Origin: Epithemia pelagica
Lineage: Eukaryota > Protista > Bacillariophyta
Length of the DNA stretch: 64,000 nt
Direction of reading: 5' to 3'
Assembly (NCBI GenBank): GCA_946965045.2
Contig: OX337236.1
Span: 3,348,001-3,412,000, forward strand
In this document: one piece after another, positions 22,434 through 35,364 of the stretch
Layout of the letters: each line of letters opens with the position of its first letter
How positions within the stretch are numbered: position 1 is the stretch's first letter
Notes under the pieces: model-generated
Told to the model about the DNA's origin: nothing
The model's input: the letters and a program-made list of their open reading frames with translations, nothing else
The model's database searches: none
Program-made: the position numbers and the translations under genes

Positions 22434-23621
22434 ATGACCACAATACTGAAAGAACGAGCATTGCAGTCGGGCCTTGTCTTATCGGACGAGACACCTGAAT
22501 GGAATGAAAACAATTGGCCGCCGCTGGAGGGTGGATGGCGCTGGCATCATGCTACGGTCGTACTCGATCATCCCGATGAAGACAACAACATCATCAGGGG
22601 ACAAACCGTCGTTGTGTTGGGTGGCTATCATCAACGCCAAGGTGGCACCAATTCCGTCCTTGTATTGAATCTAGCAGTCACAAACATGCGATGGCGAGAA
22701 GGACCATCCATGGACAAGAGTCGTCGTGAACATGCCGCTGTTGTGTGCAATGGCGCTGTCTACGTGATAGGAGGACACAATCAAGGTCCGTGGGATTGTA
22801 TCGAAAGAATTGACGTAAAGGATTTGCTGCGATCATCTTCGACATCCAGCACCACACAGGACAGCTCTTGGATGACATTGACATGTCGATTATCAACGCG
22901 ACGGTTTGGATGTCGTGCTGTTGCGGTTCACAACCGATACATCGTTGTAATAGGTGGCTATTACAACCTTCGTTTTTTGTCGTCAGTGGATTTTCTTGAT
23001 ACCAGGAATCACATTGTCACTGCTGGACCATCCATGACTGTTAAACGACAATATTGTGCCAGTGCGGTTATTGGTCACCGCATCTTTGTCGTTGGAGGTT
23101 GGAACGAGCGTGGCAATCTTGACTCGGTGGAGTATTTAGACCTTGCAAGGCCATGTGGTACTGAAAAGACAAAGGAGGACTCGGCTAATACATTCATCTC
23201 CTTCTCACCCACCTGGACCACTCATTCCGAGTTGCTTTCCATTTCACGAAGTTCTTGTGCAATGGTTGCCGTGGGATCTTGTCTGGTGGTGGCGGGAGGA
23301 CGAGGCAATTCAAGTGTGGACGTCTTGGATACGCACCGCAACCGTGTGTGGAATCTCCGACCGTTTAGTACTTTTCGCAGGGGCTGCGGTATGGTGACTG
23401 TTGCAAATCAAGTTGCGGTGATTGGTGGTAACGGCAATCTCACCTGTGCGACATTACCACTAATGGACAAGAATACATGGTGTTTTCTTGAACTCTCGGA
23501 ACGAATGGTATCATTGTTTAGACAGATCGGGAAACGGGATGTCAATGTATCTTCCCGCACCAACTCGACGTCCACTCTTAAAGATTTAGTACCAATACAT
23601 ATGATGGAGGATAGGACTTGA
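22434..23621 (+). CDS. Kelch-repeat protein K4 (altered C-terminal tail)
   Basis: Kelch blades; ATG 22434 (MTTILKERALQSGL) matches the family start, so the listed 66-aa extension is not supported. Confidence 0.93.
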   Translation: MTTILKERALQSGLVLSDETPEWNENNWPPLEGGWRWHHATVVLDHPDEDNNIIRGQTVVVLGGYHQRQGGTNSVLVLNLAVTNMRWREGPSMDKSRREHAAVVCNGAVYVIGGHNQGPWDCIERIDVKDLLRSSSTSSTTQDSSWMTLTCRLSTRRFGCRAVAVHNRYIVVIGGYYNLRFLSSVDFLDTRNHIVTAGPSMTVKRQYCASAVIGHRIFVVGGWNERGNLDSVEYLDLARPCGTEKTKEDSANTFISFSPTWTTHSELLSISRSSCAMVAVGSCLVVAGGRGNSSVDVLDTHRNRVWNLRPFSTFRRGCGMVTVANQVAVIGGNGNLTCATLPLMDKNTWCFLELSERMVSLFRQIGKRDVNVSSRTNSTSTLKDLVPIHMMEDRT

Positions 23622-26600
23622 AATGTGCAACAAGTTGCACGGCCATGAGCCCGGCAACTATAATTATACTCTCGTACAAAACAGGAGATCGTGTCCATCC
23701 TAAGTAACGTTGTCAATTACTTAAGTTAATGGAAAACTTTAAACCACTATACCTATACAGGAGTGGCTTGCTCTGTCGAAAAAAGACATTCTAGTAGATG
23801 GGTATCACAGAGCAACTCCTAGCATGCTTTGAAGGCACCAGCTTGCGTAGAAGATGACCGCACATGAATTTCCCTCTGAATCCATGGCGTTTGTGGCGGT
23901 CGGATCCATCCGCGATAGAATTGATTCTTGTGAGTGAATCGGCTGTCGACCGAGGTCGACAAAGGTTAAGCACACAAAGTCACCACGATAACTCATGAGA
24001 CTGTTGGACCATACAGAACCGCCAGCTCAAGACACGAATCTCTGCGAGTTTGTGCGACATGTTGGTTCTGAGTTGTTTGATATTGTCTCCCAATCGCAAA
24101 CCACTTTTGATCGTGATAACATGATTTCCTGCTTTGGTTGATCGTGGACAAAGCCGCACCATTTGTGAACCACACGAGGTTGGGGCCACGTTGTAAGGCG
24201 AACGAGGAACATGGTCCATTGTCGAATGTAAATGGTGGTGGGCGTCGTTGTTCCTTCGCTACAGTGTCCTTAGAATTGCCACAGTGGTGTTGGTGTTGTG
24301 GGTGGATGGTTGAGACTTTGTCGTTGTGTCTCAATGGTCCTGCTACTATTGTCTGGTGGCTGGGCCATCGTTGTCGCTGTGGTTGCTTGATGCAGCCAGG
24401 GAAGAGCTTGACTCGTGGTGGCCGTTGTGGGGAAGTGTCTTGTTGGTGTGGTTGTTCATGTGAGGTTATTGGTGGAAGCAACATCCCCACTCGTTGTTCT
24501 ACCACAGCGGAGTGACCGTTGACCAAACTCGAGGCTTGTTCCAATCCTGTACATTCCTGAGTCATGCTGCCAACCACGTGAATCATGGTTGTGACGGACA
24601 GTTGCATCAAAAAAGGGTCTCTCTCGTCCTTGTGCTCATCTCTTGCGGTTCTTGTGGGTTATTTTTCGAAGGTCTAGTGGGGGATGGTGAAGAGATTTCT
24701 TATTCTGACTGCTGCTCACATACTGGTCGAAGATCAGGTGAGGAGGAGGAGGACGATAACGAACTTGATAATGCGCCGCCGTATTACGAGATCAAAAGCA
24801 TGGGGAAGATTGCCATTGTCGTAATAGGCCGACCATCACCCCAGAAAGAGTCTTTCTCCACGGGTCCACGGGAGACATGAAAGCGAGTAACAGCAGAGAA
24901 GACTGCCAGAAGGCGTGAAAGGTCAATCTCCGGAACGGCGACGACGGCCACACACATTGTGGTGGAGGTATCTTTTTTGCTTTCAATGGATCTTTCCCCC
25001 CCCAAACTGTGTGATGTGGAGTGCCCCTCCCCCAAAATCTGGAGTTCCTTCCCATATCTTGGTCGCGGAATGAGGAGAGGAATGGCTCGCAGGCGCGCCG
25101 ACCGAGACGAAGATTGTCACTCTATTATAATATGTATCTAAATCTCGTCGCCAAACGACCACTCTGATAGATTCGAACCTACTACCACACTCTACCATGG
25201 GAAACCATGGAATCGTTCATTACGAGCAACTTTTGAGACTCTGGCAGTGACGAAACATGTACTTCTCTTGTGATTGTCGCAAGGATTGGCTGGACGGAAA
25301 AGACCATGCTTGTTTGGTTCGGACGATGCGTGCGACAACAACGACAGCCACAACAATCACCACTCTCTTGTTTGCGTTGGTCCAGCACCTTCTCGCTCTC
25401 CGTCGTCAATCGCGTCGTTCCGTCCACCTCACTTTTACAATGACCACACGACGACGATGACGACGAATTTTAATTGAATGATCCGCAAGCCGAAGCCACG
25501 GCCGTCCGACGAACAACCGCAGCGCTGCAGACGAAAGAGTCCAATGCCGGATGGGGTCGATTTGCTCATCGATGGACATTTCCCGCAATTGTCACATCAA
25601 TCAAGTCTTGTACGACGGCGCCGAATTAGAGATGGAACCTGTTGCGGACAAGGACAGGGGCAAGTTGCAAGGCTATGTCACCAAGTCGGAGCGGAAGCCA
25701 CCCTTTGAGACCCTATACCTTCAATCTAAGAAACCCATTCCACGTCGATGCGGCCCTTACAGCGGATCGACTACTCGCCAACGACACTAATAACAAGAAT
25801 GACAACAACCAACGACTGTTGGTGGACCTGCACTGGGAAGTGTCCTTGGCCTGGTACGAGTTCGCGTGGGAACCTCGAGTCTTCTTGATCGGATCGTCCC
25901 ACTTGCAACTGAAACAAGATATGCAACCAAAGAATAATCATCTCAAATGGCAGTACGCGCCACCTATATGGAGGCTACTGTCCAAACCAAGCACAGTCAG
26001 TGAAAAGGGCAAGGATTTGGACTTGGTCGTCCAAGATTTTGGCCAATCGAGAAACTCCTAGTCATGAACTGTATCCATTTCAGGAAACACATGGCAGCGA
26101 TTCCTTGGGGAACCTCCAACCACACACTCCCACTGGCGCAGCAATACTCATGTCTCTCCATCCACGTCCAGAGCATTGTCGGCGTTGTTTGCCACCAACA
26201 AGGTGCTGACACTGTCATCGACGGACCCATAACATGTATTGCCCAACTATACAGCAATTTTGATGCTTGTCCGTCTCAACCTGCTGATGCTTTTCGTAAA
26301 AGACGCCTAACCAGGATGCCAAGGTCAGCAGTTTACAAGCACCGTACCAAGCCATGTTAGAGCAAATGACCTTGGTCCTTTGTATTGCTGGGGTTCTTCG
26401 CGAGAGGCACCACAAGACACAGCACTAAGCATGACGAAAATTACAGGGCGAAGAAACTGACCTAACGACAACGACAGGCACCCGTCATGCCTATCGACCA
26501 GCAGCAGCAGAACTAGCAGGATAAACAAGAGAAATGTCAACCACAACAGCTGGGTCGAATCACCATGGCCGACGAACTACGACCGACGTGTAGTACTGTC

Positions 26601-26654
26601 CAATCATTCAAACAAGTTCCTTCCCAGACGACTCGAATCACAACCAAAGACCAG

Positions 26655-29600
26655 CCCTGTCACACTATTCTGTCCTGTGCTCACAGGCGCGCCGACCGAG
26701 ACGAGCAGTTCCACTCTTTCCTCTATTCGAAAAAGGAGCGGACAAAACTGACAATTGCTCTCGTCGCCAAGACGACCACTCTACAATAGAATCTACTGCC
26801 AAACTCCATGGGAAACCATGGAATCGTTCGTTACGAGCAGTTTATGAGACTCTGCCAGTGACGAGGCATGTACTTCTCTTCTTCCTTTTCTTGGTGAAAG
26901 ACTACGAAGATTGTCGCAAGGAAAAAGACCAACCATATAAAGGCGCTTCGAATGAAATGGAACAAGGGAGAACAACAACGACCATTCCACAAAAGCGGTA
27001 GCACCGAGGATGCAGAAGCGTTGACGATGCGTCATTCCTCATCCACAAAACTCCCTCTGCAAGCTTGTCTGCATCCCCAAGACCCCACATTGATGCTGGT
27101 GGTGTACAATCGTTGTTGGTGAGACTCTCTCGATCAACCAAGTGGTCCCTCCAGTTTGTCTTCTTCGCAACAAAATCCTAACGCTACATGAGCAACAAGA
27201 AAAGAACCCGAGTGATCCACCATGGGCCAATGCAAACAGGGTGATATCGAGTACTCTTCTGATTTACCGCATTCATCCTCAAAAAGATCAGCAATGATTG
27301 GTACATGGAATCTCGTGTTTCCTGTAAACAACATCACCATCCCATGGGTCCCTTTGTAAGAAGAGTAGTTGTGGTTATTGAAAGCAGAGGCTCGACAAGT
27401 AAGATTGCAAAGAGATCCTCTAGTCACGAGCGCCCACGAAGAACGAAGAATCTATGGATGCAAAACACAGGGATAGAGAGAAATAGATCGGAGCCGTATA
27501 CATACCAGTGGTTCTGTGTTGTTAATTTCGGTATCCAAAAACTTCTCCGAAAAGAATGCGTGATCTGTGACAAGAACAGTCACGATATTTCTCTATCCAT
27601 CGATTTCGGCAAGTCAGTCGTGCTTCCAGTCCGCACCTATCAGAATCACAGGAGCAAAGCAATCCTGTCCCGATCCTCATAAATTCTGCAGTTAATATTT
27701 TGGAACAACCATGAATGACTCGAATTTGGAACTAAACACCTCTCACTGGGAATACAACGCTCAGTACGAATGTCAAGGACAGAGCGGAACGGTGTGGGCA
27801 GGAGACGACCATTTTGTGGATCAGTCATGGCTGCTAGGCGACGGCAAACAGAGTGGTGAGATGGCTGTTACCAATGATCGCCCGACCATACTTTATACAT
27901 GCATCTGCCACCCCTCTGGCCCAAACGCAGGCAAGTCGATAGCCCATGAGAACCATCCTTCTGGGGCGCTCGTTTATTTGCTCGCCGCGGCAGAGCCGAA
28001 TTCTGAAGTATTTCTATCAGCGCCATTCTTATCGGACTTTGCTGTGATAGATCAGCTCTGTCATTATGCGATGCCGACAGCTTCAAATTTAAAGATATTC
28101 ATTGTTCTGGGACCATCTCCCTGGAATATTGAAAGTCTGCAGAATTTTGTCGGCACGTATGAAAATCGGCGCGTCGCTGTGGCTCGCCTCCGTATCAAGT
28201 TGTACGGCAAAGATTCGGAATTTTTCCATTCCAAAGCGGTCGTTACCAGTGCTGGAGCTATGGTTGGATCTTACAACTATACCCAAGCTTCTCGGTTGAA
28301 ACACTACGAGCATGCTGTCTTATTTGATCCATCCTTCCTCCAGTACCAAGGCTTGCGAACCGAGCTCAGCCAGTTCTGGGATTCTTTGGATGTACCGGAG
28401 GTCAGCATTCCGAGAATGGATGAGCCACAGCAACAGAAAGCCGTTAGCAACCCATACAAGAAGAAGAAAGTGCAGAAGTAAAGATCTTCTTGAGTTTGAT
28501 AATCCCTGATTTCTGCGGATTTAAGCCGCGTATTGTATTCGAGCAGGTGACCTAGTTTCCAAACTGCACCACGGCACACTCGTCGACTATACAGGTTTTG
28601 GGAACAATCTTTTTGCAGTTGCCGATTGTCCTATAATAGGTTGCGGCTTTCGCTCGTCTCAACTAGGGACAATTAAATATCGTGGTTCAAAGTAGTGTAC
28701 CATAAAGTAACAAACAAAGACAGCATGTTGCTCTCTTTATGTGAATGGGCACAAGGTGTCATTCTCGACAGTTACTGAATGGTTTGAGTTCAGGGGACCT
28801 GTCATGATCCGGATTACCCAGGTAGAAGATCTTGGCTCTCGGCAGCCTATGTTTTTGGGCAAAGAGAACAAGTCGTAAGACGGACTGATGGAGAGCATCT
28901 TGTGCACAAGTTTCGGGTAGAACGGCCACCAAACTTCCCTCAGACTACTGGGACAGTAGTGCTCATCGACACTCCTTTGTGAATCCAAAATTCTGCTCTC
29001 GTGGCCGCAGATCCCCACCCATGACAATGACACGGTATGGTTGTGGAGTACAACACCCAAAGGTTGGACGAGTAAGACTTGTTTCCAAGAGATCCGCGTG
29101 TAATCGTGAAGCTGAAAGCACACTTGCGTCACGTTGACTGAAGAAAAGCATTCTGGTCGCCGTCGTTGCATAGACAAGGACATTGCTTAGAGCTTGTCGG
29201 GTGCTGTCAAACTATGGACCAAGCTCCAGGCCAATAAACACCAGAGAATCGATCGAGCCACGCTCAAACTGCAATGTTGCCGCCGCTGCAGCTACTTCCA
29301 GGCTTGGATTCACAGTCAGTATCCATGTTCGCGATCGGTGTTTCATGTCAGAGAACACACAAGCATTGGACAAGGCCACTCTGTCATTGTCTTGTTCATG
29401 TTCTTGCCGTTGTCCTACCACCTCTGTTTCAGAAATCGCGGAACTGGATGTTTTTGGAAAGGACCCACAAGAATGCAACTCTCGAATCTATCAGTTTCAT
29501 CCTGCAATTTCCAAGGGCCTCTATTGTTGCAACGGTGTATTTCGTCATTAGTGGTTTGACACCGGCAATTTGACATAGCCTGACACACAAAACTCTTGTA

Positions 29601-29778
29601 CGTTCTCGACGCCAGGTGCATCCAAGCGACGACTCATCCGGTCTAGTTTTTTCCTTCTTGAACTCTTGTGGTTTTCAATCGAGACAACACCATCACCCAT
29701 TGGCAAATGTAGCACCGGTCCTGACACCCACCTTGGCGAATGGAGGCCCTTGAACCAGTGCAATACGCGTCTGCCACA
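26655..29778. repeat. Segmental duplication A (PLD block), copy 2
   Basis: Near-identical to ~2258-5408. Confidence 0.95.
27711..28481 (+). CDS. PLD-superfamily single-HKD protein, copy 2
   Basis: 256 aa, same HxK...GSYN motif; 6 aa differences from copy 1. Confidence 0.8.
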   Translation: MNDSNLELNTSHWEYNAQYECQGQSGTVWAGDDHFVDQSWLLGDGKQSGEMAVTNDRPTILYTCICHPSGPNAGKSIAHENHPSGALVYLLAAAEPNSEVFLSAPFLSDFAVIDQLCHYAMPTASNLKIFIVLGPSPWNIESLQNFVGTYENRRVAVARLRIKLYGKDSEFFHSKAVVTSAGAMVGSYNYTQASRLKHYEHAVLFDPSFLQYQGLRTELSQFWDSLDVPEVSIPRMDEPQQQKAVSNPYKKKKVQK

Positions 29779-30282
29779 GGACCAACCTTTGCGGTCCAAC
29801 CAAATCCACGTGACATTCTCCAAAAACAACCCAATGAGCGGTGCACATTCGAATCATTGGATCAAGAAGTCAACAAGACCACTCTCTCTGTTGTTGCTGT
29901 CGTTGTGAACAGACTGTATAGGACCAAGGGAAGAATGGTGTTGCTCCATAAATGGCGTGGGACGAGATGACTTGGAAATTAGGGATTGTCAATCTGTGGA
30001 CCTATTCATCATACAAAAGGACTCTTCATCACAAATGTCGCTTTCTCTCTCTCCCTCGTCGTCGTATCTTTTACAGCAAAAGATACTTTTGGGGGCTTGT
30101 CATGAAATCTATGTGCGATTGATTTCCCTTCACCATCGTACGCAGGACAGGCACACCTTTTCTGTCTCCACACGCCGCGCGCTGGTCTCCACGCAAAAAA
30201 GCAAAGCTTCCACTTCCACGCTTTGCTCTATTATACAAATAGACCCGCCCTCGTGCTGCCATTTCTTGTCGACATTGGGATC

Positions 30283-30741
30283 ATGACAACAACACTGAAA
30301 GAACAAGCATGGCAGTCGGGCCTTGTACTTTTGGAAGAGACACCTGAATGGAATTTCGAGGACTGGCCTCCTCTTGAGGGTGGATGGCGTTACTATCATG
30401 CTACGGTCGTACTGAATCGTACCGATAACAACGAGGAGCAAACCGTCGTCGTGTTGGGAGGATTCAAACAAGGCCAAGGCTATGTCAACTCCGTTCTTGC
30501 ATTGAATCTAGCAGAACCGAACAAACAGTGGCGAGAAGGGCCACCTATGAACAAGAAAGGTGACGAACATGCCGCTGTTGTGTGCAATGGCTGCGTCTAC
30601 GTGATGGGAGGATACGATGAAGGTTCGTTTGATTCTATTGAACGAATCGATGCCGATGACTTGCTGCATTCATCGTTGCCACAGGACCAACCTTTGCGGT
30701 CCAACCAAATCCACGTGACATTCTCGAAAACAACCCAATGA
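30283..30741 (+). pseudogene. Kelch K5, 3'-truncated after ~2 blades
   Basis: Kelch frame until ~30677, where it switches (tgccacaggaccaacc) into the spacer module also found at ~29771. Confidence 0.9.
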
Positions 30742-31182
30742 GCGGTGCACATTCGAATCATTGGATCAAGAAGTCAACAAGACCACTCTCTCTGTTGTTG
30801 CTGTCGTTGTGAACAGACTGTATAGGACCAAGGAAAGAATGGTGTTCCACGAATGGCGTGGGACGAGATGACTTGGAAATTAGGGATTGTCGATCTGTGG
30901 ATGTTGAATTACCAATCTGTGGACCAATGTATCATTCAAAAGGACCTCTTCATCACTATTTGGGATCTCTCGCTCTCCCTTGTTTTGTGTCGTATCATAT
31001 TAATGCAGCACAAAAGATACTTTTGGGGGCTTGTCATGAAATCTATGTGCGATTGATTGCCCTTCACCATCGTACGCAGGACAGGCACAACTTTCCTACT
31101 CTCTCTCTCCTCTACACGCAACAAAGCTCGCTGTCATTTCTCGTCGACGTTGTAACAGACGTCGTTGTAAAGCGCCGTGACC

Positions 31183-31642
31183 ATGACAACGACACTGCAA
31201 AAGCAAGCATGGTAGTCGGGCCTTGTCCTGTTAGACGAGACACCTGAATGGAATTTCGAGGACTGGCCTCCTCTTGAGGGTGGATGGCGTGTAGAGCATA
31301 CTTCAGTCGTACTGAATCATCCCAATAACAACAAGGAACAAACCGTCGTCGTGTTGGGCGGATATCGAACAGGTCACGGCGAGGTCAATTCCATTCTTGT
31401 ATTAAATATGGCAGCCCCAGACAAGCAGTGGCGAGAAGGTCCGCCAATGAACAAGAAACGTTGTGAACATGCCGCTGTTGTGTGCAATGGCGGCGTCTAC
31501 GTAATGGGCGGAGGCCATCGAAATTCAATTTGGGATTGTATCGAAAGAATCGATTCCAATGATTTGCTACAATCATCCCCAACAACAACCACCACGCATG
31601 AGAGTCATTGGACGACATTAACATGTCGATTATCAACCGGAC
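31183..31642 (+). pseudogene. Kelch K6, premature stop and 3'-truncated
   Basis: tgg TAG tcg at 31213-31215 versus tgg cag tcg in K2; homology ends after RLSTGR at ~31642. Confidence 0.9.
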
Positions 31643-31714
31643 GACCAGTGCCACTTGCGAGTGTCAGAGTGGTGGTGTGGATGTTACCGGTTGCCAGTTG
31701 TTGTGGTTTGGGTG

Positions 31715-32790
31715 GTTGAGACTTTGTCGTTGTGTCTTCAAGGTCCTGCTGCTATTGTCTTGAGGCAGGGCTGCAGTCGTCGTCATCATGCTAGTCATCA
31801 TGGTTGCTTGATGAAGCCAGGGAAAAGCTTGACTGGTGGTGGTTGTTGTACCACTCGTTGTTCTACCACAGCTGAGTGACCGTTGACCAAACTCAAGGCC
31901 TGTTCCACTCCTGTACATTCCTGACCCATCCGCAGATGGACCCGTCCACAATTGGATTTGTTCATTCCAAAGGCTGGTTTCTCTAAATTGTCGTGACAGT
32001 GGGGTCCTCATCTGGTTTGGCTCTATAAAAGGCTGTGGGTCGTTCTGACATGAGAATGTTTCGACGGTTTGTTCTTGTGGATGTTGTCCATCGTTTGGTT
32101 TTGGGAACAGATCTGGATTCGCGCATCTTTTGTGGGGAAAGATACGCTCTGCTTGCTGTGGTCGTGTCATAAAGTCTATGTGCGATATCGTACATGCGAC
32201 AGACGCTCTTTGTGGGTCCAAAGCTTCCACGTGTATTCTAAGAGAGTCCTCGTCGTGCTTCCATCCATACAAATCAGACTCGCAACAGCCGCAAACGCAC
32301 TCCACATAAATTCTGCAGTCAAAACGTTTCGAAGCATGCCCACGACATTGAAAGAAGAAGCCTGGCAGTCGGGCCTTGTCCTTTCAGACGGGACAGCAGA
32401 ATGGAATGAAAACGACTGGCCTCCTCTTATGGGTGGATGGCGTTATCGTCATGCTACGGTTGTACTAGATCATCCCGATACGGACGGCAACGACAACAAC
32501 CCGAAGAGACAAACGGTCGTCGTGTTGGGTGGATTTAAACAAAGCCAAGGTGTCACCAAATCAGTTCTGTTATTGAATCTGGCAGACCCAAACAAGCAGT
32601 GGCGAGAAGGGCCATCCATGAACAAGGCACGTTATGGACATGCAAGTGTTGTGTGCAATGGAGGTGTCTACGTGATGGGAGGATCCACTAGATATTCAAG
32701 TTTGGATTGTATCGAACAAATAAATGCCACCGATTTGCTCCAACCATCTTCGACATCAAGCAGCTCGAAGAAGAGCCATTGGACGACATT
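31715..32790. repeat. Segmental duplication C (upstream region plus 5' part of K7); partner ~53237-54360
   Basis: Near identity through the upstream region and the MPTTLKEEAW start, interrupted by a divergent patch in blade 1. Confidence 0.9.
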
Positions 32791-33460
32791 GAATTGTCGA
32801 TTATCAACGGGTCGATGTGGATGTTGTGCTGTTGCGGTTCACAACCGATACATTGTTGTAGTGGGTGGACACAGCAATCGTTATTTGTCGTCAGTGGATA
32901 TTGTTGATACCAGAAACCATGCTGTCATTGAGGGACCATCTTTGACTGTTCCTCGGTCATATTTTGGCAGCGCGGTCGTTGGTCACCGTATCTTTGTCGT
33001 TGGAGGCGAAAACGATGATGGCCGTCTTGACTCAGTTGAGTACGTTGACTTTGCAACACCCTGTGACAATGATGAGACAAAAAAGAAGACTGGTTCAACA
33101 TTCATTTCCTTCTCGTCCACCTGGACCACTCATTCGGAGTTGAGGCTTTCTAATGCACGAAGTTCTTGTGCAATGGTTGCTGTGGGATCTTGTCTGATTG
33201 TGGCGGAACGACCCAGTCGAACCATCGACGTCTTGGATACGCACCGCAACCGCGTTTGGAATCTCCCTAGAGTTCAAGAACAACGTTGGGGCTGCAGTAT
33301 GGTGACTGTTGCCAATCATGTTGCCATGATTGGTGGATGGGACAATCCTACCTGTGCGACATTACCACTACTGGACAAGCATACTTGGTGTTTTTGTCGA
33401 CTCTGTGAGCAGCAGCCCAACCAGTTCCGGGATGGAATGAACCTCGACATCAGCTCATAA
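32336..33460 (+). CDS. Kelch-repeat protein K7 (tail shortened by deletion/frameshift)
   Basis: Kelch blades; ATG 32336; ends NQFRDGMNLDISS*, with AHKRARP-coding DNA lying out of frame just downstream. Confidence 0.93.
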   Translation: MPTTLKEEAWQSGLVLSDGTAEWNENDWPPLMGGWRYRHATVVLDHPDTDGNDNNPKRQTVVVLGGFKQSQGVTKSVLLLNLADPNKQWREGPSMNKARYGHASVVCNGGVYVMGGSTRYSSLDCIEQINATDLLQPSSTSSSSKKSHWTTLNCRLSTGRCGCCAVAVHNRYIVVVGGHSNRYLSSVDIVDTRNHAVIEGPSLTVPRSYFGSAVVGHRIFVVGGENDDGRLDSVEYVDFATPCDNDETKKKTGSTFISFSSTWTTHSELRLSNARSSCAMVAVGSCLIVAERPSRTIDVLDTHRNRVWNLPRVQEQRWGCSMVTVANHVAMIGGWDNPTCATLPLLDKHTWCFCRLCEQQPNQFRDGMNLDISS

Positions 33461-35364
33461 ACGAGCAAGACCCGATACACGCCATGGTGATGAGATGAAA
33501 TTTGAAGTGGGCATCATGTTGCGTTAATGTCCTACGATGGCGAAACTATCAAATAATCATTTTGATCTCGAAACAGTTTTCTTATTGTCTGCTACCTGTG
33601 GAATTATGATGTGAATCCCTGTAGTAGTAATGAAATCATAAATCATGTCATACGGCATGTCCGGGAGAACGCGACTGGTCCGAAACAATGTCATGGATTT
33701 TGTAGAGTTTTGCTCTGTGTTGAGTGCTAGTGTCGTATTGTTGAGTAAGGTTACTTTGGTAGTCCCTGCGGTATTTCTCCGTGGCAAGTAATACTTCCTC
33801 GCACCATTCGTTTCCATCCTCGGAATGCATAATCTCCTTGTCCACATGACACGGAGACACTCTCGTGACTGGAGGCAGACCGAGACGCGCTATGCTCGGA
33901 GCTACCTTGATCTAACCAAACATCAATGACAGTAAGCGTTTGCTGTGGCTATACGGTTGATTGTTTTCTTGCCTTGAGGAGAAAGTGGTGGTCGGAACAG
34001 CGGTCGATGGTTCGGACGTCCATGGCCAAAAGGGTTGTGGGTAAGTAAAAGTCTGGGAAACCATGGGGTGTGGGACTGCCTGAACAACCAGAATGTCTCC
34101 GAGCAAGTGGAATTCAACACCAACCAAGACTCGGGCATCTGCAGCATGGCCGAATTGGACGTCAGGTCAGCGAGACGTTTTGTCTTGAGTACGGCAAACT
34201 TTAAAGGTTTTGGTCATGATTGTCCGTCAGAACACAAAGACGCGCGGTGGAAAGTGTCCATCTTGCTTCTGGGCGGGTAAAGAGAGCGGCGTAGCATCCC
34301 AATTCCCGAGTGCCGCAAGGTCTTCAGTGGACTTCAATCATGCCGCAATGCGCGGCAACTATATAGCATACTCTCCAGGGTTTGGAAGTCGCTGCTGGCA
34401 TCAAGTTGCAGAGGGGACTTATCGAATCCTTTCTATATGCGCACAAGAGCGTGTGGAGCCGACAAACACGACAATCATCCAAACGCTCAGCGTCGTCTTG
34501 GAAGACGATCAATGGTTCAAAGAGATACCGACAAAGAAGAACCAAGGTCACGCCCGTCCAACGAGCAAGGGTAGCTTGAGAGGTCACTATTGAATGACCA
34601 CTCCGACCTCACTGAAAGAAAATTCGTCTGAACTATGGAGACAAATCGAGCAGAAAAAGAAAACGGAGATCCTCAACGACCACATCACAACGCTTGGGTC
34701 TGTCGCAGCACTGCCTTCTTTGCTCCCTGCGGAATGCAACCCAATGCGAGTACGAATAGTGAATGTTGTTGCATAAGTGGCGCAACGGAATCCGCAACAC
34801 AGATATCCTTTCACACGGATCCAGTAACTGACTGGAGGTTCTCAGGCTGGTTTGATTGGGTGTCTCACGAGAGGCAAGATGCCCTAAGTACCGTATTCCG
34901 TTTTTCTTTCCAATGTGCATTGATACGCAATGCCTCCATCCAATTCACAGTCTTCAACAGTCCAGGTCCCTGAAGTTGCATCCGATCCATCTCTTATTAA
35001 CACGCGCGGCTTTCATCAAGGCTAGAGCGTTCCAGTGAAAGAAGAAAACTGAACCACGTCCCAGAGCACGAATTCGGTCACTTGGACAACGAACGAACAT
35101 GATGATCATGCGCCGCCTTTTCTTTTGTTCTTTGTTCCATGAATTCGAATCTTTTTTTGGCTGTGGCTCATGCATCCTATGTGCGATCAACACTGCTCAA
35201 ATGCTTTACGTCCGTCCTGTGCTCGTACGCTCCAGCAGCGGTGAGTTTTTTGTTTGTTAAATAGAGTTCTGAACCCTGGATCTTCACCGCTGGGGATACG
35301 GCCGAAATCATACAGCTCTTTCACGATTTCTCATAAATCCGCTCCAGTCAAAGTGTTTGCTACC

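Noticed and set aside
26120-26165. TPTGAAILMSLH as a Pif1/Helitron helicase motif Ia
   Set aside because: Spacing is wrong and there are no Walker A/B or Rep motifs nearby
26648-26660. AAGACCAGCCCTG (also ~43899) matching the TIR end of the DNA transposon
   Set aside because: It aligns as a point variant of the spacer sequence gagacaaaccctg (~2251, ~56972); no further TIR sequence or TSD
33500-35250. Short ORFs between K7 and K8, at ~47800-48450 and at ~60950-61480
   Set aside because: No recognisable motif or consistent frame; cannot support a gene call
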